DNA of 64,000 nucleotides from Octopus vulgaris. Its lineage: Eukaryota. The translations under genes and the position numbers were made by a program. The notes below the pieces were generated by a model. That model was not told where the DNA came from, ran no database searches, and was given only the letters and a program-made list of their open reading frames with translations. The DNA lies in assembly GCA_951406725.2 (NCBI GenBank), contig OX597823.1:52080001-52144000 (forward strand), given 5' to 3'. This document shows positions 1 through 13,050 of the stretch, piece after piece. Position 1 is the stretch's first letter; the number at the start of each line of letters is the position of its first letter.

Positions 1-266
1 CCGTGATCTAATGAGTGTTGGAAACAGTAGTGAAAGCTGTTGGCATATTGAAAAAACAGAATGGAAAACATTCAATGAGTTATTGGTTCTTTTGGCTCAC
101 AAGGTTGTTCTTTTTTCATGCCAAAAGGTATATAGTATTATGTATGCTTAAAACGTGTGATACTGTATGGAGAGTGGGGCATTAAACATAGGAGATTTAT
201 AGAAGTAGGGGAAGATATGAGACAAGCAAGATTTGTTGAATTTATAATTGTAATCTATATAAAAGT

Positions 267-520
267 GGAGGCACATGGCTTAGTGGTTATGGTGCCAGCA
301 CCATGGTCGAAAGATTGTGGTTTTGATTCCTGGACTGAGTGACGCGTTGTGTTCTTGAGCAAAACACTTCATTTCATGTTGCTCCAGTCAACTCAGCTGG
401 CAAAAATGAGTAACGCTGCAATGGACTGGCGTCCTGTCCTGCTGGGAAACGTACACGCCATAGAAACCGGGAAACCAGGCCCATGAGCCTGGCTAGGCTT
501 TAAAAGGGTGCATTTATTTA
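267..520 (+). mobile_element. tRNA-headed SINE (family C)
   Basis: Pol III A-box-like GGCTTAGTGG and B-box-like GGTTTTGATTCC, body TGTGTTCTTGAGCAAAACACTT, (ATTT) tail; homologous copy at 8946-9158 (-). Confidence 0.85.
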
Positions 521-819
521 CTTATTATTAATCTATATGAAAGGAAAAGTGTAGAAGAGGTAACTGCTCTCGTTATTGATATATGATGCAATGATGCAAA
601 TAGATGATGACTACACACTACATAATATCCATAGGAAAAGATGACAAGTCGATGTGGAAAAGAAGTTATAAAGTTTGAGCTGTGAATCTGAGGTCTTTCA
701 CTTGAGTTAAATGACTTGGTATAAGTGGTAATATTCTGCGCAAAAGATATATCTAATCTATCAAAGCATGGGAAAACAAACTTTAAGAGGTTGCTGCAGA
801 TGAAAAAAATGATATATAA

Positions 820-1260
820 TTCTTTTGTTCTTTTACTGGTTTCAGTCATCAGACTGCAGCCATGTTGGGGCACCACCATGGAGAATTTAAATCAAATGAA
901 TTGACCCCACTACTCATTATTTTTAAAGCCTGGTATTTAGTCTATTAGTCTCTTTTGTTGAACTGTTAAGTCATAGAGACATAGATATATCAACACCAGC
1001 TGTCAAATGGTGGTGGGGACAAACACAGACACAAAGGCACCCCACATACATATACACATATATGTATATGATGGGTTTTTTTCAGTTTCCCATACGTATA
1101 TACATATATGTATATGTTGGACTTATTTCAGTTTCCATCTACCAAATCTACTCCCAAAGCTATAGTAGAAGACACTTACCCAAGGAGTCACACCATGGAA
1201 CTGGACACAGAACCAAATGGTTAGGGAGCAAACTTATCACGCAGGCATACCTGCACCTAT
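820..1260 (-). mobile_element. SINE family B (tRNA head, internal TA/TG microsatellite), decayed
   Basis: Shares TTTCAGTTTCCATCTACCAAATC, CTATAGTAGAAGACACTT and CAGTCAT..GACTG blocks with more than 10 other copies in the window. Confidence 0.85.
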
Positions 1261-2988
1261 AATGATCAGTAAATTCATCTATAATGATCAGAACATTCAT
1301 ATCATCATAATCATCATCATCACTTAAGATCTGCTTTCCATGCTGGCATATATTCTTTATTAATCTAACACTAATCAGGAAGTGGATTGTTGTAAGAGGG
1401 ATTCCTGTGAAGTATTAACATTTGTAGTATATATTTTAACATTATGTTGTACAATGACATTAGTATTTGATACTTAAAGTGTAACTTGCTGTTGATATAA
1501 ACATGTGTTTGTGTTGTAACTGCAGTTTTGCATAAAAACTTTAGATAACACATATACACACACATAGTCATACATACTTGACATATAATGTGTATGTGCA
1601 TATATGCACACATACATATACGATAAAACACTTGTGCATACTCACTCACATATATCATGTTGCATAGAGAAATATCAGATGGCTATCCCCATCTGTGGTT
1701 AACTGGCCTAAACACAGATATTGTAAGTAAACCAGAGCTGCAGATTGGATATAGTTTTCTTTTTGCTGTGAGAATTGTTGTTACAGTTCAGTGCAAAATT
1801 ATCTCTGGCAGAATGCCAGGCTTGGCGTTGAGTAGAAAGAGTTCCACCAGCAAACATCTTGGGAGAGGCAATTTCGTGCAAGCTGTTATTTTTACATGGT
1901 TAAATGACACTTGTTCTGTCAGAGTGTTAGTTGCATCAGGTGTGGTTTGCTTTAACACTGATAGGCACTGGCACTCAACCAAATTTTCACAGATAGACAG
2001 CAGATCAAACTATTGCCATTTTTCCTTTAACACATTGACTATGTCTGCCCTTAATATAAACTTAATATCTACAAATATTTTCTTTTTCTAAGTGGGTATT
2101 TTAAATCAAACATAAGTAAGCTTACAGAAAACGGAAGAGAAATATAATGTTTATGATTACAAGTTTGTTTCAATACAAATCTTTTTCTTGTGTCATTTTG
2201 GCACCAAAGTAATGAACACAGCATAAAGTAGCATTGTTTCATCAGCGCTGTGAACGTCATTATATTTTGTTTTAATCTGTGGACAATATTTGAGCTGGCT
2301 AATGGGTTTTGAACATGTGTGCTTAAAGCAGATAATGATGACTTCACCTATCAAGAGTGATGTATGAGTTTCCAGCAGATCAATTGATTGAACTATCTAC
2401 TAAAAGAATTAATATATAACTGGCTGAGTATTCCATTGAAACATGAAACTTTTAAAGTAATTTTCATATAGAATCACCTTGACAAAATGTGACAAGACTG
2501 GCACAGTCAATACAACAGGCTAGCCATCTACCAGTTTTACTGGCTTGAGTTGACCTAGAGTTATGATAAAAAAAACTTGCTCAAGATGCCATACAATGAC
2601 ATTGAAACCAGAACACCAAAATTGAGAGGCTAACATCTCAACAACCCAGTTATTCCAACAGAGAAAATATGTTGACATGTGTTTGTGTTTACTGAAAATA
2701 CTTCGGATATTTTTCTTTTTTTTTGTGAACATAACTGTATATCTGGCAATATCTTGTATAATGAACGTGTGTGCATCAAGGATACTGGTGTACATTCCGG
2801 ATACATGTGCATATTTCTGTTGTCATGGTGGTTCAGCCTTGAAATAGCTCTGATCAAGCATACTTATAATCAAAGTCGTTGATTCCAGATGTCTTCTTTT
2901 GAGGGGAAAACCAAAGATTAGATTAGTTAATGTGTTTTTCTATCATTAAAACAATAAGGTTTGATTTGTAGGAGATTTGGCTGCTATT

Positions 2989-3222
2989 ACTTATTTCTTT
3001 ATTGCCTACAAGGGGCTAAACATAGAGGTAACAAATAAGGACAGGCAAACAGATTAAGTCGATTACACTGACCCCAGTGCATAACTGGTACTTAATTTAT
3101 CGACCTCGAAAGGATGAAAGTCAAAGTCGACCACATCAGAATATGAACTCAGAAGGTAACAGCAGACGAAATAGCACAAAGCATTTCACCCAGCATGCTA
3201 ACATTTCTGCCAGCTCGCCACC
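2989..3222 (-). mobile_element. SINE family A (Meta-domain-like) with 12-bp TSD
   Basis: GAAAGGATGAAAG.CAAAGTCGACC core; TSD TTGGCTGCTATT at 2977-2988 and 3223-3234; inserted into an older repeat. Confidence 0.9.
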
Positions 3223-3338
3223 TTGGCTGCTATTTGTAGTAGGTTTAGCTACCACATAGATGCTTGCTTATTGTCTTATTGGACAATCAGTGTGTGCTTG
3301 CATGTGTCACAATAGCCCTTGTTGTAATCGTTATTTAA

Positions 3339-3545
3339 CCCTTTAGCGTTCAGATTCCACTGTCAAATATGATGCCTGTTTATTCACATTGTTTCGAATT
3401 AAACATGAATTATCTCATAGCTCCAAGATTTCAATGATGTGATTGTTTACTTTTAGCGTAGGTGTGAGAGACTGGATCTAATCAGTTTGAACATGAAACA
3501 GGTAGAACATTTCAGCTGGATATGATTGGTTTAAATGTTTAGGGC
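3339..3545. mobile_element. piggyBac-type MITE
   Basis: TTAA|CCCTTTAGC...AAATGTTTAGGGC|TTAA termini; homologous copies at about 14628-14848 and 63212-63430. Confidence 0.75.
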
Positions 3546-3584
3546 TTAACTCTTAGTCAAGGTTAACGACCAAGCCTTTCATCA

Positions 3585-3910
3585 CTGTCATCATCATCAT
3601 CATCATCATCATTATCATCATCATCATTTAACATCTACCTTCTATGATGGCATGGGACGGTTTTGCTAGAGCCAGCCAGATAGAAGCCTGCACCAGACTT
3701 CTGTGATTGTTTTGGCAGGACTTTTACAGCTGGATGCCCTTCCTAACACCAACCACTCAGCAGAGTGGACGTAGTGATTTTTACATGGCACAAGCATAGG
3801 TGAGGTCAGTTTTGGTAAGGTTTTTACAGCTGGATGCCCTTCCAAACACCAGCCACTTTACAGTATGGACTGGGTGCTTTTAAGTGGCACCTGCATTTAC
3901 AGGGTCACCA
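3585..3910 (-). mobile_element. SINE family D ((ATG)n tail)
   Basis: ACAGCTGGATGCCCTTCC motif (duplicated here) and (CAT)n tail; copies at 11910-12410, 32370-32745 and 60185-60400. Confidence 0.8.
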
Positions 3911-5685
3911 AATTTTTCATTTTCAACAAATTTCCTCATAACTGGTCCTTCAAATAAACTCTCTTCAACTTTGGTGTCTCTTACATTTGGAAACTTGCTA
4001 CATAAATACTTGAAGCCTTCTTAATTCTGTGGTTAAGCTTTTATAAATTGCTTCACGAGGCCAAGTTTTATATACAAAGAAAGCAAAAGAACTCTTTTCG
4101 GATCAACCAAGTTTTCTTTAAGAATGTAAATGGAAGTATATTACCATTATGCAGTGGAATAGAGCTTTAAGACTTCTCTTGAAGAGCATTCATCAGGACT
4201 GTAACTTACACCAAACTTCTCCATTAGTTTTGATGGATCTATACAGCGAATCAATTGTTTTCTTGAGCAAAATAAGATACAAATTCTTTTATGCTGTTAT
4301 GGTCCCAACAGAATGATGCATGAGAAGCTAAAAGATTTTTAGATTTAAGTCTGGAACCTAAAATCACTGCTGATTCCTTTTCATGCCCTAAGTCCCTCAC
4401 TAGATCACACTGGTTGAATAGTTGAAGTTCTTCACCTTCACTGCCACTGAAATCTCCATCATCATTGCCATTTCTGACTCAGAACTCAAGTATATGTCTT
4501 CAAGGTTTCCTGGTGGTGATGGAACTGCAACATCTGCTCCATGGGCAACAGGTCACAATGTAGATAGGAGATTTGGATAAACCATATTTTCCTCACCCTT
4601 AGAATTGTGTCCCCTGCACCTAACATGAACAAAAGTATCTGTCATCACTGTGATTTTTAGGCTCTCTCCATATCATTGAAACCCCAAAACAAAAAGACTT
4701 CTATGTACATTTTGTCCATTGTCTTAGTTCTTCAACATAAATTGAGCAGGCCTTATGAGAAGCCCACTTCTTATCTTGGTCTCCTAATTTCATACCAAAT
4801 TAGGCATAGTAAGATATTTGACAAATTTGGTAATGTTTCTCTGACATTTCTTAGTCATAAACTCACCACAAATATAACAGAACTTATCTGGGGTTGTCGC
4901 ACATCTTCTAAGAGACATCCTTGCTACAAATGATTTAGAACTCTGTAAGAAAAGGGTAAGGGACTTTCTAAATGTCTACATAATATCATTAAAAAAAGCA
5001 TTTAAATGTAACATATGATACAATAAAACAAAGTATGTAGCATATATACAATGAAAAAAGGTATGAGGAAATGACTGAAATATAGAAAAAAGGATATATC
5101 TCAATCTACACACTGTGACCTTGTAAAACATATCTTTCTTTCTTCTCTGCTAGTGTGTAACTGAAGCCACAGTGATGCAAGCATCTCTCTGTGTAGCTGA
5201 AGTTGTCTAAACTTTGCTAGATGCTTATTTTCTAAAATTACACTTATTAGTTGTACTGTTATAGTCTATTTAAATGAATAAATTAAATGTAATAATGGTT
5301 TCAAATTTTGGCACAAAGCCAGTAAGGTTGGGGCATTGGGTAAGCCAGTGTTCAATTGATATTTATTTATCAACCCCAAAAGGATGAAAAGCAAAATTGA
5401 CCATGGCAGAATTTGAAATCAGAACATAAAGACGGACAAAATGCCACTAAGCACTTTGCCCAAAATGCTAATGATTCTGCCAGCTCACCACCTTAATTAA
5501 TAGTAATTATATATAAAAAAAATACAATAGTCAGAGGGGGGCATAATATTAAAATGCAATGATCGATTTTGGGAAGAAACCATAGGTGAAAGGATAATTT
5601 CTTTGTAATTATTGATATCAGCAGGTAAAAAATTAATCAATTTCATCCAATAAATATGAAACAATTTTTTGGCTGCAGACCAGTG
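3908..5685 (-). mobile_element. Chapaev3-like (CMC) DNA transposon relic with pseudogenised transposase
   Basis: Minus-strand translation from ATG at 4918 gives PDKFCYICGEF, KLGDQDKKWASH, MIWREPKNHSDDRYFC, YPNLLSTL*PVAH, DLVRDLG..ESAVILGSRLKSKNLL and LYIKLGLVKQFIKA, with stops, frameshifts and an internal deletion; probable terminus 5'-CACTG at 5685. Confidence 0.85.
5295..5495 (-). mobile_element. SINE family A nested in the Chapaev3 5' region
   Basis: AAGGATGAAAAGCAAAATTGACC core and CTGCCAGCTCACCACCTT head. Confidence 0.85.
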
Positions 5686-6199
5686 TTATATTCTTTTTTT
5701 TTTTTATAATTTCACTAACAATACATGAATATATCTGAAAATCATAGTGTGAGTTTAAAATCTATGAGAAAATACTTGAAAAAGGATAATATTGTAAAGG
5801 TGTGATATTTGTGGGAAGATAACAATTGGGTGAACAAATTTTCTCAATTGTTGTTAAACATTCAAATCTGTGATAAGGTAGGCAAATTATAATTGATGTA
5901 GTTAACACAAAGATAGCTGGGACTCAAAGAGAAAAGCAATCAGGAAAGATAATAATTTTCTAAACCTTTCCAACCTACGACTATGGTGAAAATAGGTGCA
6001 AGAATAATTAATGATTCTACATTAGCATTATGTATGAAGAGTTTTCATCATCTCACAGACTGTTAAATTAAGTGTGAGAAATAGATAAAGATAATGATCC
6101 AGAAGTTTTGACATGTTGAATAAATTTGCAAGGAACCTTAGCTAAATTAAAGAGAGATAATCCCTAGAAAGTTTCAGCACCTTAATTTGTAATTCTAAT

Positions 6200-6760
6200 T
6201 AAATCATACAGAGAGCAACTGCAGATATGAGGCTGTAATCTTTAGCACTTATATAAACACTGACAACAGCTATTTCTACATCTTATTGGCAAATTTATTA
6301 GAAAATAATACAGAACTATGAAATTAAGTTGTTTTAATTAGAAACAAGTTGTTAATAAGATTTTTCGAATTTGCACTGATGCAATGCAGGAACCATCATT
6401 TAATCACATGAGTTGTCTTGGAATGTCTGTCTTAAGATTTTAGAGGAATGTTTTCGATCAAGAATTTTATAGGCTTTAATTGTATGGCTCATTTAGCCTT
6501 TTACTTGTATCTTTCCTTGATGGAGTAAGCAATTTGGAAAAATGACAAGTTAAAATAAATATGTGATTATATGCTACCTTAGTATATTTTTGACACTTCA
6601 CTGGTTAGTAATTTTGAGGAAATTACATAGAAGTCTGTCCCATTAACCAACTCTATTGAAGCATGGTATTTCAAGGCTGGTTTGATTTCTACAGCATTAG
6701 AAAACTTCAAAGGTCTTCAGAAAGCAGAAAAGAAACCATCATTAACAACCTGAGTCTGTC
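6200..6760 (+). mobile_element. Heavily decayed Mutator/MULE-like transposase fragment
   Basis: Ordered motif remnants across frames: HLYKH (QLYTIH), YILLAN (YALLPN), FFEFA (DFELA), MAHLAF (MALAF), LTNSIEAWY (RTNNSIEAWH). Confidence 0.5.
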
Positions 6761-6935
6761 ATTTCTATTTTGGCCTAAATATGTAATGCTATGTTACTCA
6801 TTTTATAAATACTAAATTTAACAACTGTTATTTACAGATAGATAAAATATTCTTAGATGAGCCAACATCAAATTACTTTAAATTCATTTAAACTAGTTTA
6901 CATTAATGGTGATATTAATGAAATCTAAAACTTAC

Positions 6936-6990
6936 CAGGAAAACTATTTATGCCTCATTGAAGTAATGGCAATGTTTATCTCTTTACACT
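6936..6990 (-). CDS. Candidate stop-containing exon of an unidentified gene (..ECKEINIAITSMRHK*)
   Basis: Acceptor TGTTGTTTAG, donor CTG|GTAAGT, TAG at 6944-6946; phase-compatible with the donor at 7743. Confidence 0.35.
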
Positions 6991-7127
6991 CTAAACAACA
7001 GATGGGTATAAGGCAAGAAAAATCTGTAGTACTAATATGATGAGGTTTTCAATATCAATATATATCATCATAAAGCACTTAGTGTATAAAGTAATAAAAA
7101 TAATTGTCTGGCAGAGATATCTTAAAG

Positions 7128-7310
7128 ACTGGTAAAGGCAAATTTGTTGTTTTTGATGTCACTAAAGTCTTTGACCATATCTACTATGATGATTGTCAAG
7201 CCAAGTTGTCTTTTAATGGATTTCACCTATTTCTTACTCATCTTCTATAAAATTGATTCTCCATCAATCAGTTCTATCTTAGCATATGCTGACAAAAACT
7301 CCCTCTTTCT
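7128..7310 (+). mobile_element. CR1/L2/Jockey-group LINE reverse transcriptase relic
   Basis: VVFDVTKVFDHI..KLSFNG resembles LDISKAFDRV..KL..YG, followed after a deletion by AYADKNSL (YADD motif). Confidence 0.55.
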
Positions 7311-7742
7311 ACTCACTCTGTGCCGTCTTAGTCTACTTCAAGATTTGGTTTTATGTCATTCATGCTCAGCCTAGATATATTACACTGGCACCACATAACT
7401 GCATGAATAAAACTCTTAAAAACATTATTCAATACGAAGATGAAAAATCAGTCACAAAGTTGACAAGCAGAATCAACACTTACAAACTCACATTCAACAA
7501 CTAAAAAAAAAAAAAAATAGAAACAAATCTACAAAACTTTCTGTTTTTGAACATTAAACATCTGAAATTTTCACGTTAAGTTGTAGAATCTCTGATGATC
7601 ATTTATAGCACTTACACATGTATACATTAACCAACACTACATTCAAAATATCAGTTTCCTCTTCTGTGTTAATTCAAAATTTCAACTCTAAGCTTTTGCT
7701 GATTCATTATAATAGATGGCTCGTATTAGAGATACACATTAC

Positions 7743-7920
7743 CTCTTGTCAGGAATGGTAAATCAGCAGTTTTTTCTACATTCCAAAGTATTTCACACTT
7801 ATCTTCACTCGTCATCATATTATAATCATTTTCTTACCAACACTCTGTTCTCTATTTCTTCTAGTGCTTTCACAGAGGCCACTTCTCTTCTTAATTTGTA
7901 AACTGCACTTTGCTTCTCAG
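7743..7920 (-). CDS. Candidate exon of an unidentified gene (coiled-coil-like peptide)
   Basis: Acceptor CTTTTTACAG; reads EKQSAVYKLRREVASVKALEEIENRVL; internal donor GTAAGA after 7838 and a second donor GAG|GTAATG at 7743 that is in frame only if one base is removed. Confidence 0.4.
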
Positions 7921-7959
7921 CTGTAAAAAGTAATAGAAGTATTCAAAAGAAGCTTGGTT

Positions 7960-8570
7960 ACTCTCTTTACTCTTTTACCTGTTTCAGTCATTTGACTGAG
8001 GCCATGCTGGAGCACCGCCTTTAGTCGAGCAAATCGACCCCAGGACTTATTCTTCGCCATGATAGATCACTAGCCACTACACACATTTTTTTCTCTCCTA
8101 GTTTCTTTCTGTGTTCCTTTCTGCAGAAAAGCTTAGGCTCAAAACGTTAAAGACTTTTTCAATTCCCGAGTGTTATACTAATACATCTGTTTGTTTTCTA
8201 CACCACCTGTCTTTGTCCTTTGTTTTTTTCTTTTTGTGAATTCTCCCCTTATTCTTTGTAAGCCTAGTACTTATTCTATCGGTCTCTTTTGCCGAACTGC
8301 TAAGTTACAGGGATGTAAACAAACCAGCATTGGTTGTCAAGCAATGTTGGGGGACAAACATAGACACACAAATATATACACACACATACACATATATATA
8401 TATACATATATACGACGGACTTCTTTCAGTTTCCATCTACCAAATCCACTCACAAGGCTTTGGTCGGCCCAAGGCTATAGTAGAAGACACTTGCCCAAGG
8501 TGCCACACAGTGGGACTGAACCAAGAATCATGTGGTTCGTAAGCAAGCTACTTACCACACAGCCACTCCA
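7960..8570 (-). mobile_element. SINE family B, full length, interrupted by an insertion
   Basis: Near-complete copy from (CTCTTTTA) tail to CACACAGCCACTCC head; split at 8055-8247. Confidence 0.9.
8055..8247 (+). mobile_element. Penelope-like terminal-repeat fragment with degenerate hammerhead motif and 9-bp TSD
   Basis: TSD CTTATTCTT at 8046-8054 and 8248-8256; CTGCAGA-AAAGC-TTAG-GCTC-AAAAC-GTT; similar layout to 27466-27700. Confidence 0.65.
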
Positions 8571-8589
8571 GGTTAAACTAGGATAATGC

Positions 8590-8932
8590 TTCAAAAGGTT
8601 TAGCCAATCAAATCATCCCCAGTGCTTATTTTAAACTTGGTGCTTATTCTACCAGTCTTTTGTTGAGCTACTAACTTATGGAAACATAAACATGCCACCA
8701 CTTGTCAAGTGACGAGAGACAGAGAGACATACACAAAGATGCTCTCACACACACACATACATACACAACAGGTTGCCACACTGTCTACATCTAACAATTT
8801 CAATCACAAGGCATTGGTCAGTCTGGAGCTATAGTAAAAGTTGCTTGCCCAAGTTACTGGGCAGTGGATCTGAACTCAAAACCCCCTTGTTGTCAAGCAA
8901 TCTTCTTAACCACCACAGCTATGCCTGCACCT
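8590..8932 (-). mobile_element. SINE family B, older decayed copy
   Basis: Same block order as the other family B copies. Confidence 0.75.
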
Positions 8933-8945
8933 ATAAAACTGTATA

Positions 8946-9158
8946 AATAAAATAAATGCGCCCTTTTAAAGCCTAGCCAGGCTCATGGGCCCAGTTTCCT
9001 AGTTTCAATGGCAACGTTACTCATTTTTGCCAGGTGAGTGGACTGGAGCAACGTGAAATGAAGTGTTTTGCTCAAGAACACAACCTATTCAGGAATCAAA
9101 ACCACAATCTTACGATCATGATGCTGACACCCTAACCACTAAGCCACGTGCCTCCACC
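8946..9158 (-). mobile_element. SINE family C with 13-bp TSD
   Basis: TSD ATAAAACTGTATA at 8933-8945 and 9159-9171; reverse complement of the 267-520 family. Confidence 0.9.
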
Positions 9159-9571
9159 ATAAAACTGTATACCTTATTTATATTATTATTTGCCATAGGA
9201 ACAAATATGACAGCCATGTGGCAGTGACATAGTGTTGAGTGTGAGGGTGCAGACTGCATAGGGGTAGCCACTTTGGTAAGGGAAGGAATGAACATGTTGA
9301 ACATATATTGCAGCTAAGGAATGTGCTGTCATTTGGTTACCTCAAATGGTGGCCAAAATCTGTGCTATGTCATTACCATGTGGAGGAAAAATTTATTTTG
9401 GAACCTCGTGGTCCTTGGTTTGATTCTACATCATGGCATTTAGGGTATGCTGTCTGAGTCAAATTTTTGTGAATAGAAATGCATGAATAGAAATGCATGC
9501 GAAAACCTGGAAGATGTTTATTTAAATGTGTAGGAAGGGACACAGCAAACAAAAATACCCACCTGACGGCA

Positions 9572-9572
9572 G

Positions 9573-9632
<60 letters not shown>

Positions 9633-9832
9633 ATGATGATGGATGATGATGATGGTGATGATGATGGTGATGATGATGATGATGATGATGAATAATTATG
9701 ATGATGGTAATGATGATGATGATTATGATGATGATGGTGGTGGTGGTGGCTGATGATGAAGATGATGATGATGATGACGATGCTGGCGATGATAATGACG
9801 ACGACAATGGTGGTGGTGGTGGTGGTGATGGT
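9572..9832. repeat. (GAT/GGT)n compound trinucleotide microsatellite
   Basis: Seen directly. Confidence 0.95.
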
Positions 9833-11049
9833 TTTTATGATAATTCATTCAATTATCCATTTCAGAGAAATTCTCAATATTACATAGCACATACCAGACA
9901 TGCATGGCCTAGCTACTTCGTTCTATTCAAAACTGATTTCTTATTTCATTTCTAAATTATTGTATAAGACCTTGAAAGTTTTCTTGGCAATTAATAGAAG
10001 ATGGAATTTCTTTTTAATCCATTGATTTCTTTCTTGCACCTTTCACAGAACAGAATTAGCATAATAAAACCTTCTTTCGACAATCTTTCTAGGATTTATC
10101 TCAGATCTTCAGCAAAGATACCCACCAACATATTTATCAAGATTTTTGCTTCGTTGGCTAACATGCTCTGACAGGTCTTAATACCATACGCTTTATCTCT
10201 CTACCAATCACCTGCATTAGCTTCATTTGTCCGTCACATTTCTGAAATTCTCATCAACCAGCCCTGGACTGTCCTTGCACACCTAAACCTAAGTGAGTGT
10301 TTGTCCTGAAGGTTTAACATTAATTTATATATGGTTTAATACAGCTCATATAAACTTCTCATATTAGTAAATATTAAAGAAAATATAAATGGTTAAGTTA
10401 ATACAAGAGACAGAATGAATAGATCATATCATTTAATACCGTGTAATGTCTTATTTGATATGTCACAATCCTGGGTTCAAATCCACCTTAACTCACCTCA
10501 GATTTAGTTTTGGGAGGCAGGATTAAAGCACTGTGAAGGAGATTTTGGTGTTTGAATAATAAGCTAAGGAACAGTTAAATCTCAAATTTGAACAGCTATT
10601 CTATTTTGCTTAAAAACAAAACTCATATATCAATGCCACTTTTAATTACTGATAGGCTGGATCACAAACTAACATAGGAGCTTCTACATGGTTATTTAAC
10701 CACGAAAAACAGCAGTTAAATTCCTCTCAGATCATTGTTGGATTAAAAGCCCATGACCAACCCTTCTAAAACCACATTATCTATTACACCATATCTTTAG
10801 TTTAGCACCAGGTCAATTGAGTGGACCCATGATTATAAACCTACCCCATTAACTATTCTATATAGTGCATCAAGAAGTAACACGTATAGTAGATTATGTC
10901 TCTTCACTGAGGAAGTCTAATAAGGCTGAAACATCGCACCTAGTGATACACTGATATTCTGAGTAAGATCTTGTGTTTTTAGCATAAGTCTGTTTTGAGA
11001 TGTCCCTCTGAGACAAAAATATTACAGCCAGTGCTGTTCCACATTTATA

Positions 11050-11904
11050 TGAGGGGCATTCCAGAAGCTTAGAGACTTTTTATAGGAGTGGCAGTTTTAA
11101 CTCTCACAGATTATTGTAATTGTACTATATCATTATTAAACATCTAATAAGCTGATCTGCCAACTCTTGTTGTTCTAGATTGAAGAAGATGGCTGTAACA
11201 CGGCTTGTCACAGCTGACTAGATTGCAAAAAGCATTAAGGACATTTAGAGGGCCACTGTGCAATACAGCTTTGTGTTAAACTGGGCAAAAATATTAAAGA
11301 AACTTATGAAATGCTCCAGTCTGTTTATGGATTAATTTTTTCACTGTCACAATTATTTTATGGACAGTAGAGAGGAGGTGAGAGATGATGAGAAGTGAGA
11401 GAAGGAAAAGGATAAATGAGCATCAGAGCTGGTTGAGAAAATTCCCGATTTTCTGTATGAGGATCATCATGTGTCTATAAAGACAATAAGCATACCATTT
11501 GGAGTTGGAGTGATAACTGTACACAGAATTATTCATGAAGATCTAAACATGTACAAAATTCATGCAAAGTTTTTTTTTTCCCCAGGGTGCTCTGTGGCAA
11601 ACACCCTGGTAGCCAACCACTTGATCGAAATGCACATCAAAACTGACCTTCATGCGCACTACAGTCCAGACATTGTTCCCTGTGACTTTCGGTTGTTCCC
11701 CAAGCTAAAGTAGAACTGCAGGACTGTTGTTTTGAAGATGAAGGAGGCTGTGACAAGGACTCGGGCACTTTCATTTGGGAGAACTTCCATGGGGCCTTCA
11801 TGAAGGAAGAGATCTTACTTTGAAAGAGATTAGCATTATGCACCTCTTTGAAATTAATAAATGTTTCTTCTGAAAAAGTCTGAAAAATTCTGGAATGCAC
11901 CTTG
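11050..11904 (+). mobile_element. mariner deletion derivative
   Basis: TA TSDs; TIRs TGAGGGGCATTCCAGAAG.. and ..TTCTGGAATGCACCTTG; TVHRIIHEDL and HAHYSPDIVPCDFRLFPKLK (YSPDLAPxD motif). Confidence 0.9.
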
Positions 11905-11909
11905 TATAT

Positions 11910-12410
11910 ATCATCATCATCATCATAATCATCATCATTCGTTTAACGTCCACTCTCCATGCTAGCACGGGTTGGACAATTTGACTGAGGACTGGCAAGC
12001 CAGATGGCTGCAGAAAACTCCAGTCTGATCTCGCAGAGTTTCTACAGCTGGATGCCCTTCTTAATGCCAACCATACCAAGAGTGTAGTAGGTGCTTTCAT
12101 GTGCCACTGGCACGAGGGCCAGTCAGGCGGTACTGGCAATGGCCACACTCAAATGGTGTTTTTCACATGCCACCTGCACAGGATCCAGTCCAGCGGCACT
12201 GACAACGACCTCGCTCGAATGTTTTTCATGTGCCACCAGCACAAGTGCCAGTAAGACGACGCTAGTAACAATCAAGCTAGAATGGTGCTTTTTATATACC
12301 ACTGGTACAGAAGCCAGTTTACTGCTCTGGCAACGATCATGCTCGGATGGTGCTTTTAAGCGCTCCACTAACACAGATGCCAGTGATCAAATCTGATTTC
12401 GATTTTGATT
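11910..12410 (-). mobile_element. SINE family D with internal tandem TGCCAC..GCAC units
   Basis: (CAT)n-CGTTTAACGTCC tail, CAGCTGGATGCCCTTC, repeated internal units of about 55-60 bp. Confidence 0.85.
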
Positions 12411-12896
12411 ATATTTATAATGTATACATTATAAATATTACTCACAATGATATTTTAATCATATCTATGATAACATATAGCTTTTATACAAAGTGTATGT
12501 ACTGTGGAGACAAGCCTACTCACTATTTTCCATCCCTTAAAAAATATAAATTTCTTCAAATGTAAAGAATCATTATTAGCAAAATATAGAAAGGAATTAA
12601 GAAATAATTTTACATCACTATCAACTAAGCCTATTGAAATAGCAAAAAGTTGTGAAAATATATTAAAGATAGGTAATGAAAATTACATCAGTTTTAACCA
12701 TCGCAATCAAGTAATTGTAGTAAAATATTTATAGCAAAGTGAAAGTATCACCACTATATTTATAACTGTTAACTTTGATGATGGTGATTATGAGCGGAAT
12801 GCCATCTGATAATAGATAAATAAATAAATATATATATATTCGCACCTTCACATTCAACCTTGTCCATAAAAAGAGGCAGATAGATAAATAGATAAG

Positions 12897-13050
<154 letters not shown>

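Noticed and set aside
267-340. tRNA gene (also the heads at 17550-17620 and 53046-53120)
   Set aside because: A/B boxes run directly into SINE bodies and there is no complete cloverleaf
1657-2091. 144-aa plus-strand ORF in unique sequence
   Set aside because: No recognisable domain; the MLHRE resemblance to hAT transposases has no supporting motifs
9373-9955. Long poly-Ser/His/Ile/Asp ORFs (likewise 12729-13208, 19541-19836, 20366-21842, 25415-25941, 33899-34188, 44389-45109 and 62151-62648)
   Set aside because: They are translations of microsatellites or low-complexity tracts that lack stop codons by composition
9960-10282. Minus-strand exon-like stretch (similarly 37050-37306)
   Set aside because: Several stops in every frame; not distinguishable from AT-rich background
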